Assembly (NCBI GenBank): GCA_964651015.1
Contig: CAZYYS010000001.1
Location: forward strand, 1 to 54,724
Reading direction: 5' to 3'
DNA: 54,724 nt
From: an uncultured Verrucomicrobiota bacterium
GTDB taxonomy: Bacteria > Verrucomicrobiota > Verrucomicrobiia > Limisphaerales > PALSA-1396
Shown here: positions 11,115-19,684 of the stretch, piece by piece
How the letters are laid out: every line of letters begins with the position of its first letter
Position numbering within the stretch: the first letter of the stretch is position 1
Made by a program: the position numbers and the translations under genes
The notes under the pieces: model-generated
What the model was told of the DNA's origin: nothing
The model's database searches: none
Seen by the model: the letters and a program-made list of their open reading frames with translations, nothing else

Positions 11115-11993
11115 TCATCCGAGCGCCATCTGGGCGGTGGTGATTTCCAAAAGTTCCTTCGTGATGTTCGCCTGACGCAGCTTGTTGTATTCGAGCGTGA
11201 GGTCTTTGATGAGTTGCTTCGCGTTATCGGTTGCGTTCTTCATCGCCACCATACGCGAACTGTGCTCGGATGCCTTGGCTTCAAGCAGAATTTGATAGAC
11301 CTGGAAGTTCAAATAGTGCGGGAGCAACGCGCCCAAAACCTGATCCGCAGCGGGTTCAAAGAGATATTCGATCGTGGACTTTTCCAAGGCGACCGACGAT
11401 TCCGCTCCCTCCAAGCTTCCCTGCACTCCCTTGATTTCGCCAATCGGGAGCAGTGGCAGCGATTCCGGCTTCTGGACCAGCGTGCTGATGAAATTGGTGA
11501 ACAAGACATCGACACCATCCACTTCGCCGTTGGTGAAGAGTTCCTGGGCGAACTTTGAAATGGCCCGTGCCTCGGCGAACAGGGGTGCATCCTTGTAAGT
11601 AAACTCCGCGGCAAGTTTGCGTTTCGTGCGTGAAATGAATTGCGCGCCCTTTTTGCCGGCACAGATAAAAACACTCGTGTCCTTGTCGAATTTGAGGACC
11701 TCACGCATGAGGTTGGAATTGAGTGCGCCACACAACCCCTTGTCCGTACTGACAAGAATCACCGCGCGATTTTTGCCTCCGCGTTTCTCCATCAAGGGAT
11801 GGGTGAAGTCGCCCGCATTCCCCGACACTTGCGCAAGCATGTCATTCATCAGCGTTGCGTAAGGCCGTCCAGACAGCGCAGCCAGTTGCGCTTTGCGCAT
11901 CTTTGACGAGGCAACCATCTGCATGGCTTTCGTAATCTGCGCCGTGTTCTTGACCGACCGGATGCGTCGGCGGATGTCGCGTGTACTGGGCAT
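11115..11993 (-). CDS. atpG: F1 ATP synthase gamma subunit
   Basis: The N-terminus is IRRRIRSVKNTAQITKAMQMVA and the C-terminus is ITKELLEITTAQ, both typical of gamma. The operon position agrees. Confidence 0.95.
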   Translation of the reverse strand: MPSTRDIRRRIRSVKNTAQITKAMQMVASSKMRKAQLAALSGRPYATLMNDMLAQVSGNAGDFTHPLMEKRGGKNRAVILVSTDKGLCGALNSNLMREVLKFDKDTSVFICAGKKGAQFISRTKRKLAAEFTYKDAPLFAEARAISKFAQELFTNGEVDGVDVLFTNFISTLVQKPESLPLLPIGEIKGVQGSLEGAESSVALEKSTIEYLFEPAADQVLGALLPHYLNFQVYQILLEAKASEHSSRMVAMKNATDNAKQLIKDLTLEYNKLRQANITKELLEITTAQMALG

Positions 11994-12009
11994 GTTTAAG
12001 CGTTCTATT

Positions 12010-13590
12010 CTACGCGGACTTGGCCTTCGGCGTTTCTGCGGCGTCTTTGGGTTTACCGAGGTCGTAAGTCTGGTTGAACTCGGTGATAATGGTCTTCAAC
12101 TCGCCCGCCAGCGCGTCGCTAATGGCCTTTTCCGTGCGAAGTTTCTTAAGCGAATCCGCCTTTCGACTCATGAGGAATTCCGTGAGCTTGACCTGAAAAT
12201 CTTTGACTTTTTCCACCGGCACGTCGTCCATGAAATTGTTCTGCACTGCCCAGAGCACGGCCGCCTGGATTTCCACGGGAATGGGATTGTATTGCGGCTG
12301 CTTGAAGATTTCGACGATGCGCTTGCCGCGCTCCAGCATCGCCTGCGTCTTGGCGTCGAGGTCCGAGCCGAATTGGGCGAACGCCGCCAGTTCGCGGAAT
12401 TGCGCCAGGTCGCCCTTGATGCGGCCTGCGACTTGTTTCATCGCCTTGATTTGCGCCGCCGAACCGACGCGGCTTACCGAGAGCCCCACGGAAATGGCCG
12501 GACGCACGCCTTGGTAAAACAAATCCGTCTCAAGGTAAATCTGCCCGTCCGTGATCGATATCACGTTCGTTGGAATGTAGGCGGAAACGTCGCCCGCCTG
12601 CGTCTCGATGATCGGCAACGCTGTGAGTGACCCGTTGCCAAATTTCTCACCCACGCGCGCACTGCGTTCGAGCAAGCGGCTGTGAAGATAGAAGACGTCG
12701 CCGGGGTACGCCTCGCGACCCGACGGACGCTTGAGCACGAGTGACACCTGGCGATACGCCACGGCTTGCTTCGAGAGATCGTCGTAAATGATGAGCGCGT
12801 CCATGCCGTTGTCCATGAACCATTCGCCCATGGCTGCGCCGGCGAACGGCGCGAGGTACTGGTTGGCCGCGGAGTCCGACGCGGACGCCACCACGATGAT
12901 CGTGTATGGCATCGCGCCCTCCTTCTCCAAAGTCGCAATCACGCGCGCAATGCTCGATTGCTTCTGGCCGACGGCAACGTAGATGTTGTAAAGCGGGCGA
13001 TAATCCTTGTCGCCAGCTTCCTCGGCGGCCTTGTTCATGCGCGCCTGATTGATCATCGTATCCACGCCGATGGTCGTCTTGCCCGTCGAGCGGTCACCGA
13101 TGATCAGTTCGCGTTGCCCGCGGCCAATGGGAATCATCGCGTCAATTGCCATGATGCCTGTCTGCACTGGCTGGCTGACGGATTTGCGCCTGATGATACC
13201 GGGAGCTATTTTTTCCACCGGGTAGAACGCACTTTCCTTGATCGGCCCTTTGCCGTCCACGGGGCGGCCAAGGCAATCCACGACGCGACCAAGCAAGCCT
13301 TTGCCCACCGGCACGGACAGCAATTTGCCTGTGGTCTTGACTTCCGAACCTTCGGCCACTTTGAGATAGTCGCCGAGGATGATCGCCCCGACTTCGGTTT
13401 CTTCAAGGTTCAGCGCGAGACCGATGACACCATTGCCGAAGTCGAGCATCTCGTTCAACATGGCATCGGTGAGGCCTTCGATCTTGGCCACACCGTCGGA
13501 GATTTCACGCACAATGCCGACGTTTTGTTTTGCGACGGAAGTTTTAACTCCGGCGATCTGGGCTTCAATTTCCTGGAGGAGGTTGCTCAT
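12010..13590 (-). CDS. atpA: F1 ATP synthase alpha subunit
   Basis: Walker A is GDRSTGKT. The protein shows full-length alpha-like conservation. Confidence 0.97.
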   Translation of the reverse strand: MSNLLQEIEAQIAGVKTSVAKQNVGIVREISDGVAKIEGLTDAMLNEMLDFGNGVIGLALNLEETEVGAIILGDYLKVAEGSEVKTTGKLLSVPVGKGLLGRVVDCLGRPVDGKGPIKESAFYPVEKIAPGIIRRKSVSQPVQTGIMAIDAMIPIGRGQRELIIGDRSTGKTTIGVDTMINQARMNKAAEEAGDKDYRPLYNIYVAVGQKQSSIARVIATLEKEGAMPYTIIVVASASDSAANQYLAPFAGAAMGEWFMDNGMDALIIYDDLSKQAVAYRQVSLVLKRPSGREAYPGDVFYLHSRLLERSARVGEKFGNGSLTALPIIETQAGDVSAYIPTNVISITDGQIYLETDLFYQGVRPAISVGLSVSRVGSAAQIKAMKQVAGRIKGDLAQFRELAAFAQFGSDLDAKTQAMLERGKRIVEIFKQPQYNPIPVEIQAAVLWAVQNNFMDDVPVEKVKDFQVKLTEFLMSRKADSLKKLRTEKAISDALAGELKTIITEFNQTYDLGKPKDAAETPKAKSA

Positions 13591-13630
13591 AAAAATTCGT
13601 TACACCGTTGAATCGTTACATCGTCAATCG

Positions 13631-14023
13631 TCAAAAGCTTTCAGCAAGATCGTTCAGTCGTTCCCTTACACTGCCATCAAACACATCACTACCCACCTTC
13701 ACGCGCAATCCACCGATCAAAGACGGGTTCACGGCAAAACCAATATTCAGTCCCTGTCCGTAACGCTGGGCCAGATTTGCCCTAATCGACTGCTGCAACG
13801 CCTCGCTGACGGGGGCCGCGCTCTCGACCCTTGCCGTCCGTCGTTCCAAGTCGAGCTTCACCAAGCGTTGGAGATGAGACAGGATACCCACGTAACCGCG
13901 TGGTTTTTGGGCGATGACTGCGCTCACGGTCTGGCGCACACGATTCTCGTCAAGCACTCCATTCACCCTGCAACTCGAGAATAGCGCCTTGCCGTCGCGC
14001 CGGGCTTGTTTACTGATTTTCAT
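13631..14023 (-). CDS. atpH: F1 ATP synthase delta (OSCP) subunit, short form
   Basis: The C-terminal OSCP signature is IGGLRVKVGSDVFDGSVRERLNDL. Starting at ATG 14023 gives 130 aa, and starting at TTG 14065 gives 144 aa. Either form is shorter than the roughly 177-aa proteobacterial delta. Confidence 0.8.
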   Translation of the reverse strand: MKISKQARRDGKALFSSCRVNGVLDENRVRQTVSAVIAQKPRGYVGILSHLQRLVKLDLERRTARVESAAPVSEALQQSIRANLAQRYGQGLNIGFAVNPSLIGGLRVKVGSDVFDGSVRERLNDLAESF

Positions 14024-14088
14024 TTCGGTTCTCGGTAAGATCACCACCGCAGCCAACCGGTTCAATCGCGCGGCGTTCCTGCCACAAA

Positions 14089-14637
14089 TTAATTCGCTGC
14101 CAACTGTTTGTTCGTATCTTCCGCCAGGCGATTCTGCTGTTCGGTTGTCAAAATACCGCCCGTAACCTTCGCGCTGGTGGCGACGACCAGGCGTCCGACT
14201 TCTTTGCGCAATTCCGCCTTCATGCGGACGAGTTCCGCTTCGCTTGCCTGGCGCGCCTTGTTGATAATGTCATTGGCCGTGGCGATGGCCTTTTGCGATT
14301 CTTGTTCCAGCACTTTGGCGGCGGACGCGCGTGCTTCGTCGATCATCTTGTTTCCCTGCGCGCCTGCTTGCGCGATGATTTCCTGCGCCTTGACCTTGGC
14401 GCCGGCAAGCTCCTGTTTGATTTTGTCAGCGTTGGACAAACCTTCAGAAATGCGCTGACGCCGTTCTTCCAGCACTTTCAAAATCGGCTTGTAGGCAAAG
14501 CGCTGTAGCAGAAACGCCACGACGCAAAAACTGATGACCTGGGAAATGAAAAGTTGCTTCTGAAAACCGAACTGTTCGCCAGTTTTGTGGGCCAAATCCA
14601 GCAGGTCGCTCGCAGCAAAGAAGATTTGATATTGCAT
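14089..14637 (-). CDS. atpF: Fo ATP synthase subunit b
   Basis: A single N-terminal TM helix is followed by a long charged coiled coil. The operon position agrees. Confidence 0.85.
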   Translation of the reverse strand: MQYQIFFAASDLLDLAHKTGEQFGFQKQLFISQVISFCVVAFLLQRFAYKPILKVLEERRQRISEGLSNADKIKQELAGAKVKAQEIIAQAGAQGNKMIDEARASAAKVLEQESQKAIATANDIINKARQASEAELVRMKAELRKEVGRLVVATSAKVTGGILTTEQQNRLAEDTNKQLAAN

Positions 14638-14659
14638 AAACTCAAATTAAACCGGCAGA

Positions 14660-14685
14660 GGCGCGGAGTCTTACGACCCCGCGCC
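14660..14685 (-). promoter_or_regulatory. Intercistronic stem-loop between atpE and atpF
   Basis: The mRNA sense reads GGCGCGGGGTC-GUAA-GACUCCGCGCC. That is an 11-bp stem with one G-U pair and a GNRA-type tetraloop. It starts 8 nt after the atpE stop. Confidence 0.5.
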
Positions 14686-14692
14686 ACACGGA

Positions 14693-14884
14693 TTACTTCG
14701 GCGCCAAGAAGATCGCGAAGAACACGATACCTTCCGCGAACGCGGTGCTCAGAATGGCCTGAACGAGAATCTTCGTCGCCGCGCCGGGATTACGCCCGAC
14801 CGCCTCCGAAGCTTTCATGCCGATGAACCCTACGCCGAGGGCCGCGCCCAAACAGGCGAGACCGATGTGAATGCTACCAGTCAT
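14693..14884 (-). CDS. atpE: Fo ATP synthase subunit c
   Basis: This is a 63-aa two-helix hairpin. The loop is GRNPGA. The carboxylate in helix 2 lies in AFAEGIVFF. Confidence 0.9.
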   Translation of the reverse strand: MTGSIHIGLACLGAALGVGFIGMKASEAVGRNPGAATKILVQAILSTAFAEGIVFFAIFLAPK

Positions 14885-14948
14885 TTTTTTACCTTTCGTT
14901 TTTCCCGCCGACTCCCGCGATCGAACACGGTCAAGCCGGCGAAATTAT

Positions 14949-15929
14949 TTAATGATGCGCGTGTGCTTGCCCTTCGTGACCCTCTTCGTGCGTGCAGATG
15001 AGGAGCGTGAACACCGCCGTCAACAGCATGAACACCAGCGCCTGCACCAAGCCAACCAAGAGCTCCATCGCGTAGAACGGCAGGGCCAGCAACCAGCCCA
15101 GGTACGGCCCGCCCATCTTCGCCATCGCCTCAAGCATGTTTTCGCCAGCGTAAATGTTGCCGTAAAGCCGGAAGCTCAAGGACACCGGGCGAAACAGGAT
15201 GGAAACCACTTCCAGAACACCAACCACAACGAACACCAGAACCATCAAGGCCTTCAACGCGCCGGTTGTGTCGCCTTTAGGACCAAACAAGTGAAGAATG
15301 AATCCTCCCGGCCCATTGGCCTGCAAAGCCCACCACGTCCAGCACACGAAGAAAACCATCGCCATCGCTAGCGTCATGTTCAGGTCAGCCTGGACACCTC
15401 GAAGCAACGGACGGGATATGTGTTCCAAATGCCCATTGGCTTCGGGAACAGCCCAGCCGACCGTCCCGACACCGGGGAAAAGCCCGGCCCAGTTCGTAAA
15501 GAGAATGAAGATAAAAATTGTGGCAAAGAACCAGAATGTTTTCTTCACCAGATCGTGACCGATAACACCTTCAAGAAAGTCATAGAGGCTTTCGACCAAC
15601 CACTCCCAGAAATTCTGAGCCCCTTCCGGCACCGCTTTCATGTTCTTGGTGGCGAGTTGGGCGAAAATGATGATAAACAATGCCACAATCCAGGTCATGA
15701 TCATCGAATTGGTCACCTCGAAGGGGCCGACGTTTACGTGAGGTGCAGCGGCTGGAAGACCTTCCTCATGTTTACCATGTTCCGAATGGTCCCCACCAGC
15801 TCCTCCAGAGGCAGCGGCGTGGTTGCTCTGCTCTGTTGTGGCAGCAGTTTTTGCCACCGCAGCCCCGGCAAGCATCGCCGGCAAAGCCACTAATAACAGA
15901 ACCGCCAAAATGATTTTAGGCAAACGCAT
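14949..15929 (-). CDS. atpB: Fo ATP synthase subunit a, with signal-like His-rich N-terminal extension and His-rich C-terminal tail
   Basis: The essential Arg region is present (SLSFRLYGNIYAGE). It is polytopic and is the first gene of the operon. Confidence 0.9.
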   Translation of the reverse strand: MRLPKIILAVLLLVALPAMLAGAAVAKTAATTEQSNHAAASGGAGGDHSEHGKHEEGLPAAAPHVNVGPFEVTNSMIMTWIVALFIIIFAQLATKNMKAVPEGAQNFWEWLVESLYDFLEGVIGHDLVKKTFWFFATIFIFILFTNWAGLFPGVGTVGWAVPEANGHLEHISRPLLRGVQADLNMTLAMAMVFFVCWTWWALQANGPGGFILHLFGPKGDTTGALKALMVLVFVVVGVLEVVSILFRPVSLSFRLYGNIYAGENMLEAMAKMGGPYLGWLLALPFYAMELLVGLVQALVFMLLTAVFTLLICTHEEGHEGQAHAHH

Positions 15930-16011
15930 TAGACTTCTGAGACTTTCTCGTCACGAATCGCCGGCGCGTCCACGCCAACTCTACGGCGAGAGAGAGCGAA
16001 GATTGCCTCGG

Positions 16012-16027
16012 TGTGAAATTTTTCACA
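16012..16027. promoter_or_regulatory. CRP/FNR-family-like palindrome TGTGA-N6-TCACA
   Basis: The sequence is tgtgaaatttttcaca, with 7-bp arms. It lies in the divergent atpB / metal-operon intergenic region, 83 nt upstream of the atpB ATG. It is the only TGTGA-N6-TCACA match I found in the window. Confidence 0.35.
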
Positions 16028-16294
16028 AGCGTTTTTTTGCAATGTTTTGAAAGCCTCGAAGGATTAAGCTGGCTTAATGCTTTGTGTAAGTATCGGGGAA
16101 TTCAAAGCACTGAGTTAAAGCCGAATCCGAGCTGCGCAGAAAGCCCAATTGTCCGGTCTTCACGGGTGAAGGCAGGGAGGCGCCGGCTATCAAAAAGTGA
16201 GTATTCAAACGCAGTAACCCGTCGCATTGGAATTTCGACCACACAAAAAAGTATTGAACGGGAACGAAGCTTGCTCCATCTACTGATTGTGCGG

Positions 16295-16678
16295 ATGTTG
16301 AAAAAGGTAATGGTTTTGCTGCTGGTGCTCGCTTGGGTGCCTCTCACGTCCCATTGCAAATTGGAATCAATCCCTGGCTTGGAGTTTCTCGCCTGCCTGT
16401 CTGATGGCGATTCGCATAACCAACAGGACTCTGATTGTGACGACACGGAATGCTGTCAGTTAGAGAAATCCCTGTACAAGACCGAGAAATCCCATCTGGT
16501 GCTTCCGTCCCCCGACTTCCTACCGTTTTCGCCCGCACTAGTAGTGGATTTGGCAAACGCTCTACCAGATGAAGTCGGCGTTGGCATGCTTACCACCGCA
16601 CCGCCAGAGTTGACCAAAACCTGGCATTTCATTTCTCGCACGGCTTCCCCGCCGCGCGCCCCTTCCATCGTTTCATAA
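16295..16678 (+). CDS. Small secreted Cys/Asp/His-rich protein of unknown function (paralog of 26858-27250)
   Basis: An ATG at 16295 is followed by a signal peptide (MLKKVMVLLLVLAWVPLTSHC). A Cys/Asp cluster follows (GDSHNQQDSDCDDTECC). The C-terminal motif is RTASPPRAPS. It sits immediately upstream of czcC. Confidence 0.6.
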   Translation: MLKKVMVLLLVLAWVPLTSHCKLESIPGLEFLACLSDGDSHNQQDSDCDDTECCQLEKSLYKTEKSHLVLPSPDFLPFSPALVVDLANALPDEVGVGMLTTAPPELTKTWHFISRTASPPRAPSIVS

Positions 16679-16790
16679 TTCGTCCTCTTCTTCACTGAGG
16701 ACTTCCCCTTGTCCGTCAGGCGTATTGTCGCGCCCATAGGTTTTGTTTCGTCGTCGTTCGCAGTGCCCGTGTAGTGACCGTTTGGAAATT

Positions 16791-18113
16791 ATGAAGCAAT
16801 CATGTCCATTGAAATGGTGTCGCCAATTCGCTATGGCGTTGCTGGTGGTGAGTCTCGTCGCATCCCTTGCGCGGGCACAGGAATCCGCTCCGACCCAAAG
16901 CTCCACCAATCTCTCCTTCACGCTGGACGCCCTCGTTTCCGAGACGCTGGAGCGGAATCCCGAACTCAAATTTTATCAGGCAGAGATCGCCGCGGCGAGG
17001 GGCGGACGCAAAACCGCCGGCTCGCTCGCCAATCCCGAGTTGAGCGGTGGGGTCGGTCAGAAGCGCGTCTCCGGTGGCGGACCTTCCGCCGAAGGGATCG
17101 CGTGGTCGGCCACCGTCATGCAACCGTTCGAGTGGCCGGGGCGCCCCGGCCTGCGCAAGGCAATTGCCAACCGTGATATTGAACTGGCCGAACTTGGTTA
17201 CGGACGATTCAAAGTCGCGCTGGCCGGGCGCGTGCGGACTTTGGCCTACGGCTTGTTCGCCGCGCAGGAGAAGGCGGCTGCAGCAGGCGAAGTGGCCGAA
17301 CGATTCAAGGCCTTGCGCGAAGTGCTGGTGCAGCGCGACCCGGCGGGCCTGACGCCGCTGCTCGAAACGCGTGTCGTTGAGGCAACCGAGTTGAACGCGC
17401 AGCGCAAGGCGAGTGAAGCCCTCCTCGCCAGTCAGTCGGCCCTGCTCGAATTGAACCAACTTCGCGGCGCGGCGCCCGACGCAGGACTTTCGGTGAGGCA
17501 AACACATCTGGCGTTCCGGCCAGCGGAAAGCAAAAACACCTTGATTGCGCTGGCGAGGACGAACAATTTTGAGGTGCGCGTGCGCGCGCTTGAACTGGCC
17601 CAGCAGGGCTTTCGCGTTGACCTCGCCAAGAACGAGCGTTATCCAACCATCTCGGTCGGTCCGTCCATTTCCGAAGAACGCGCCGGCGACCGTGAACGCA
17701 TAATCGGCGTTGGAGTGTCGTTGCCATTGCCCCTATGGAATCGCAACACCGGAAACATCGAGGCGGCCAAAGCCCGTAGGATACAGGCCGAGACCTCGTT
17801 CTACGTGACACAACGCGAAATGGAGCGCCGCGTCATCGAGGCCGCGTTGACTTACGAAACAAAGCTGCGCGAGATGGCCAAGTGGCGACCAGATTCGGTG
17901 GAGCATTTCCGCGAAGCCGCCGAAGTCGCCGACCGCCATTACCGACTCGGAGCAGTTCCCATCTCCACCTACGTCGAATTGCAAAAGCAGTATCTCGAAG
18001 CCGTCGAAGGATTGCTCGACACGAAGAAGGAGGCGCTCGAAGCAGCGGCACAATTGGAACTGCTCACGGGTCTGACGCCGCCGCTCACCGGCACCAAGGA
18101 AGAACGGAAATGA
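16791..18113 (+). CDS. Outer-membrane efflux protein (TolC/CzcC family)
   Basis: It has a signal peptide. Two OEP-type repeats are present, with NPEL..Y...I....G and typical helical heptads. It is in an operon context with an RND pump. Confidence 0.85.
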   Translation: MKQSCPLKWCRQFAMALLVVSLVASLARAQESAPTQSSTNLSFTLDALVSETLERNPELKFYQAEIAAARGGRKTAGSLANPELSGGVGQKRVSGGGPSAEGIAWSATVMQPFEWPGRPGLRKAIANRDIELAELGYGRFKVALAGRVRTLAYGLFAAQEKAAAAGEVAERFKALREVLVQRDPAGLTPLLETRVVEATELNAQRKASEALLASQSALLELNQLRGAAPDAGLSVRQTHLAFRPAESKNTLIALARTNNFEVRVRALELAQQGFRVDLAKNERYPTISVGPSISEERAGDRERIIGVGVSLPLPLWNRNTGNIEAAKARRIQAETSFYVTQREMERRVIEAALTYETKLREMAKWRPDSVEHFREAAEVADRHYRLGAVPISTYVELQKQYLEAVEGLLDTKKEALEAAAQLELLTGLTPPLTGTKEERK

Positions 18114-18124
18114 AATTGCGTTTC

Positions 18125-18209
18125 GTAGCAACCGACGTAAGGAGGCTCATAATTCCATTGATGCCGCGGACGAGCAAAGCCGTCAGGGCCTCCTCAAGTC
18201 GGCTGCCAC
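18125..18209. repeat. Palindromic element, copy B (22-23-nt arms, 40-nt loop)
   Basis: Left arm is gtagcaaccgacgtaaggaggc (18125-18146). Right arm is ggcctcctcaagtcggctgccac (18187-18209). Complementarity is 18/22. It shares the 15-mer ccgacgtaaggaggc with copy C. Confidence 0.6.
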
Positions 18210-18307
18210 CATCTTCAAACTCTTTGGTTAATTGAACCCCGCGCCACCGAGTGCGGTGGCCACAGCCATTGAAACTGCTTCCGTTCACTTAAACTACAAA
18301 CTGAATC

Positions 18308-18898
18308 ATGAATTCATCTACCATGAACCCATCCAAGGACAAATCCGTGCAATCAAAAAGAACCCTCGCTAGTTTCATCTTCCTGAGCCGCTGGCTGCAG
18401 GCGCCGCTCTACTTCGGGTTGATCGCCGCACAGTCGGTTTACGTGTATCGTTTCTTGCTGGAACTCTGGCATCTCATCGGGTTCGCCTTGCTGGGTCATG
18501 TGCAGCCCGCCTCCGTGCCAAAGGCGGTCACTGACACCGAAACCATCGTAATGCTCAGCGTGCTGGGTTTGATTGACGTCGTCATGATCGCGAACCTGCT
18601 CATCATGGTGATCGTCGGCGGTTACGAAACCTTCGTATCGCGCCTGAACCTGAAGGAACACCCGGATCAGCCGGAATGGTTGTCACACGTCAACGCGGGC
18701 ATCCTCAAAGTCAAACTCGCCACCGCGCTCATCGGCATCTCTTCGATCCACCTGCTCAAAACGTTTATCCTGGCCGGCACTTCTGAAACCAAGATGGTCA
18801 TGTGGCAGGTCATCATTCACGCCACTTTCGTCCTGTCCGCCATTGCCCTGGCTTGGATTGATCGCCTCACCTTCAGAGCCGTCGGTTCGGATCACTAA
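18308..18898 (+). CDS. yqhA: UPF0114 / YqhA-family inner-membrane protein
   Basis: The family signatures SRWLQAPLYFGL, GGYETFVSRL and ISSIHLLKTF all align with E. coli YqhA. Confidence 0.85.
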   Translation: MNSSTMNPSKDKSVQSKRTLASFIFLSRWLQAPLYFGLIAAQSVYVYRFLLELWHLIGFALLGHVQPASVPKAVTDTETIVMLSVLGLIDVVMIANLLIMVIVGGYETFVSRLNLKEHPDQPEWLSHVNAGILKVKLATALIGISSIHLLKTFILAGTSETKMVMWQVIIHATFVLSAIALAWIDRLTFRAVGSDH

Positions 18899-18913
18899 GA
18901 CCTGCCACTACAG

Positions 18914-19681
18914 ATGCTAAACCGCCTTCTTCAATTTTCCGTCCGTCAACGCGCTTTCGTGCTGTCCGCGACGTTCATGCTCGTCGGTTGCGGGCAAAAA
19001 GACGACAATACCCTCAACTCAAGTGAAGCGCAACACGCTCCCGATGTCGGCATTTCCTACAGCGTGAAAGACGGGCTGCTTATTTCAGCGGAAACGGCCA
19101 AATTCATCGGGCTGGAAACGTCGGAAGTTTCCGAACGGCCCATCGCGACGACGCACGAAATCTCCGGCAGGGTTTTTCGTGTTGCGACCACGAACGAGCC
19201 GCACGCGCTGGCAAGCGCGCTCATCTCTACCACCGAGGCGGCGCTGCTTCGTCCCGGACAGGTTTCGGTGCAAATGCCGGCATCGCCGGTTGTAACAGTT
19301 CTCCGGCTCGACTCCGGCGGGGCGGGCCAATCGGGCATGGTGGAAACGATCCTGCGATTGAATGATCCAGAACGCACCTTGACCGACGGTGCGTTCGTAA
19401 CCGCCCGGTTTGCCGTGGGCGACACCAACTCCGTCATAGTGATTCCGAATGCGGCATTGTTTCACACCACGGCGGGAGATTTTGTTTATCTCGAAAATGG
19501 CGCGCACTTCGCCCGCGCTGCCGTGAAGCCGGGACGGACGGATGGCGGGTTCACGGAAGTGACCGACGGACTTTTCGTCGGCGACAAGGTCGTCATCCGG
19601 CCCGTGATGACGCTGTGGATGACGGAACTGCACAACGTCAACGGCGGCGATGCATGTTGCATCAAGCAGGAAGCCAAATAA
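18914..19681 (+). CDS. RND efflux periplasmic adaptor (MFP), short hairpin-less lipoprotein form
   Basis: A lipobox is present (LVGC). Beta-barrel and membrane-proximal segments are present (VIVIPNAALFHTTAGDFVYLEN....GFTEVTDGLFVGDKVV). There is no coiled-coil hairpin or lipoyl segment. A 4-nt gap separates it from czcA. Confidence 0.75.
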   Translation: MLNRLLQFSVRQRAFVLSATFMLVGCGQKDDNTLNSSEAQHAPDVGISYSVKDGLLISAETAKFIGLETSEVSERPIATTHEISGRVFRVATTNEPHALASALISTTEAALLRPGQVSVQMPASPVVTVLRLDSGGAGQSGMVETILRLNDPERTLTDGAFVTARFAVGDTNSVIVIPNAALFHTTAGDFVYLENGAHFARAAVKPGRTDGGFTEVTDGLFVGDKVVIRPVMTLWMTELHNVNGGDACCIKQEAK

Positions 19682-19684
19682 ACC

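Noticed and set aside
16013-16294. N-terminal 94 aa of the 221-aa ORF 16013-16678
   Set aside because: This part is not protein-like and overlaps the palindrome-rich control region. A clean signal peptide follows the internal ATG at 16295.
18145-18235. A 24-codon mini-ORF (MPRTSKAVRASSSRLPPSSNSLVN) downstream of an AGGAGG
   Set aside because: The AGGAGG is part of the left arm of the palindromic element and lies about 15 nt from the ATG. The ORF runs through the element loop and right arm, so it is probably fortuitous.
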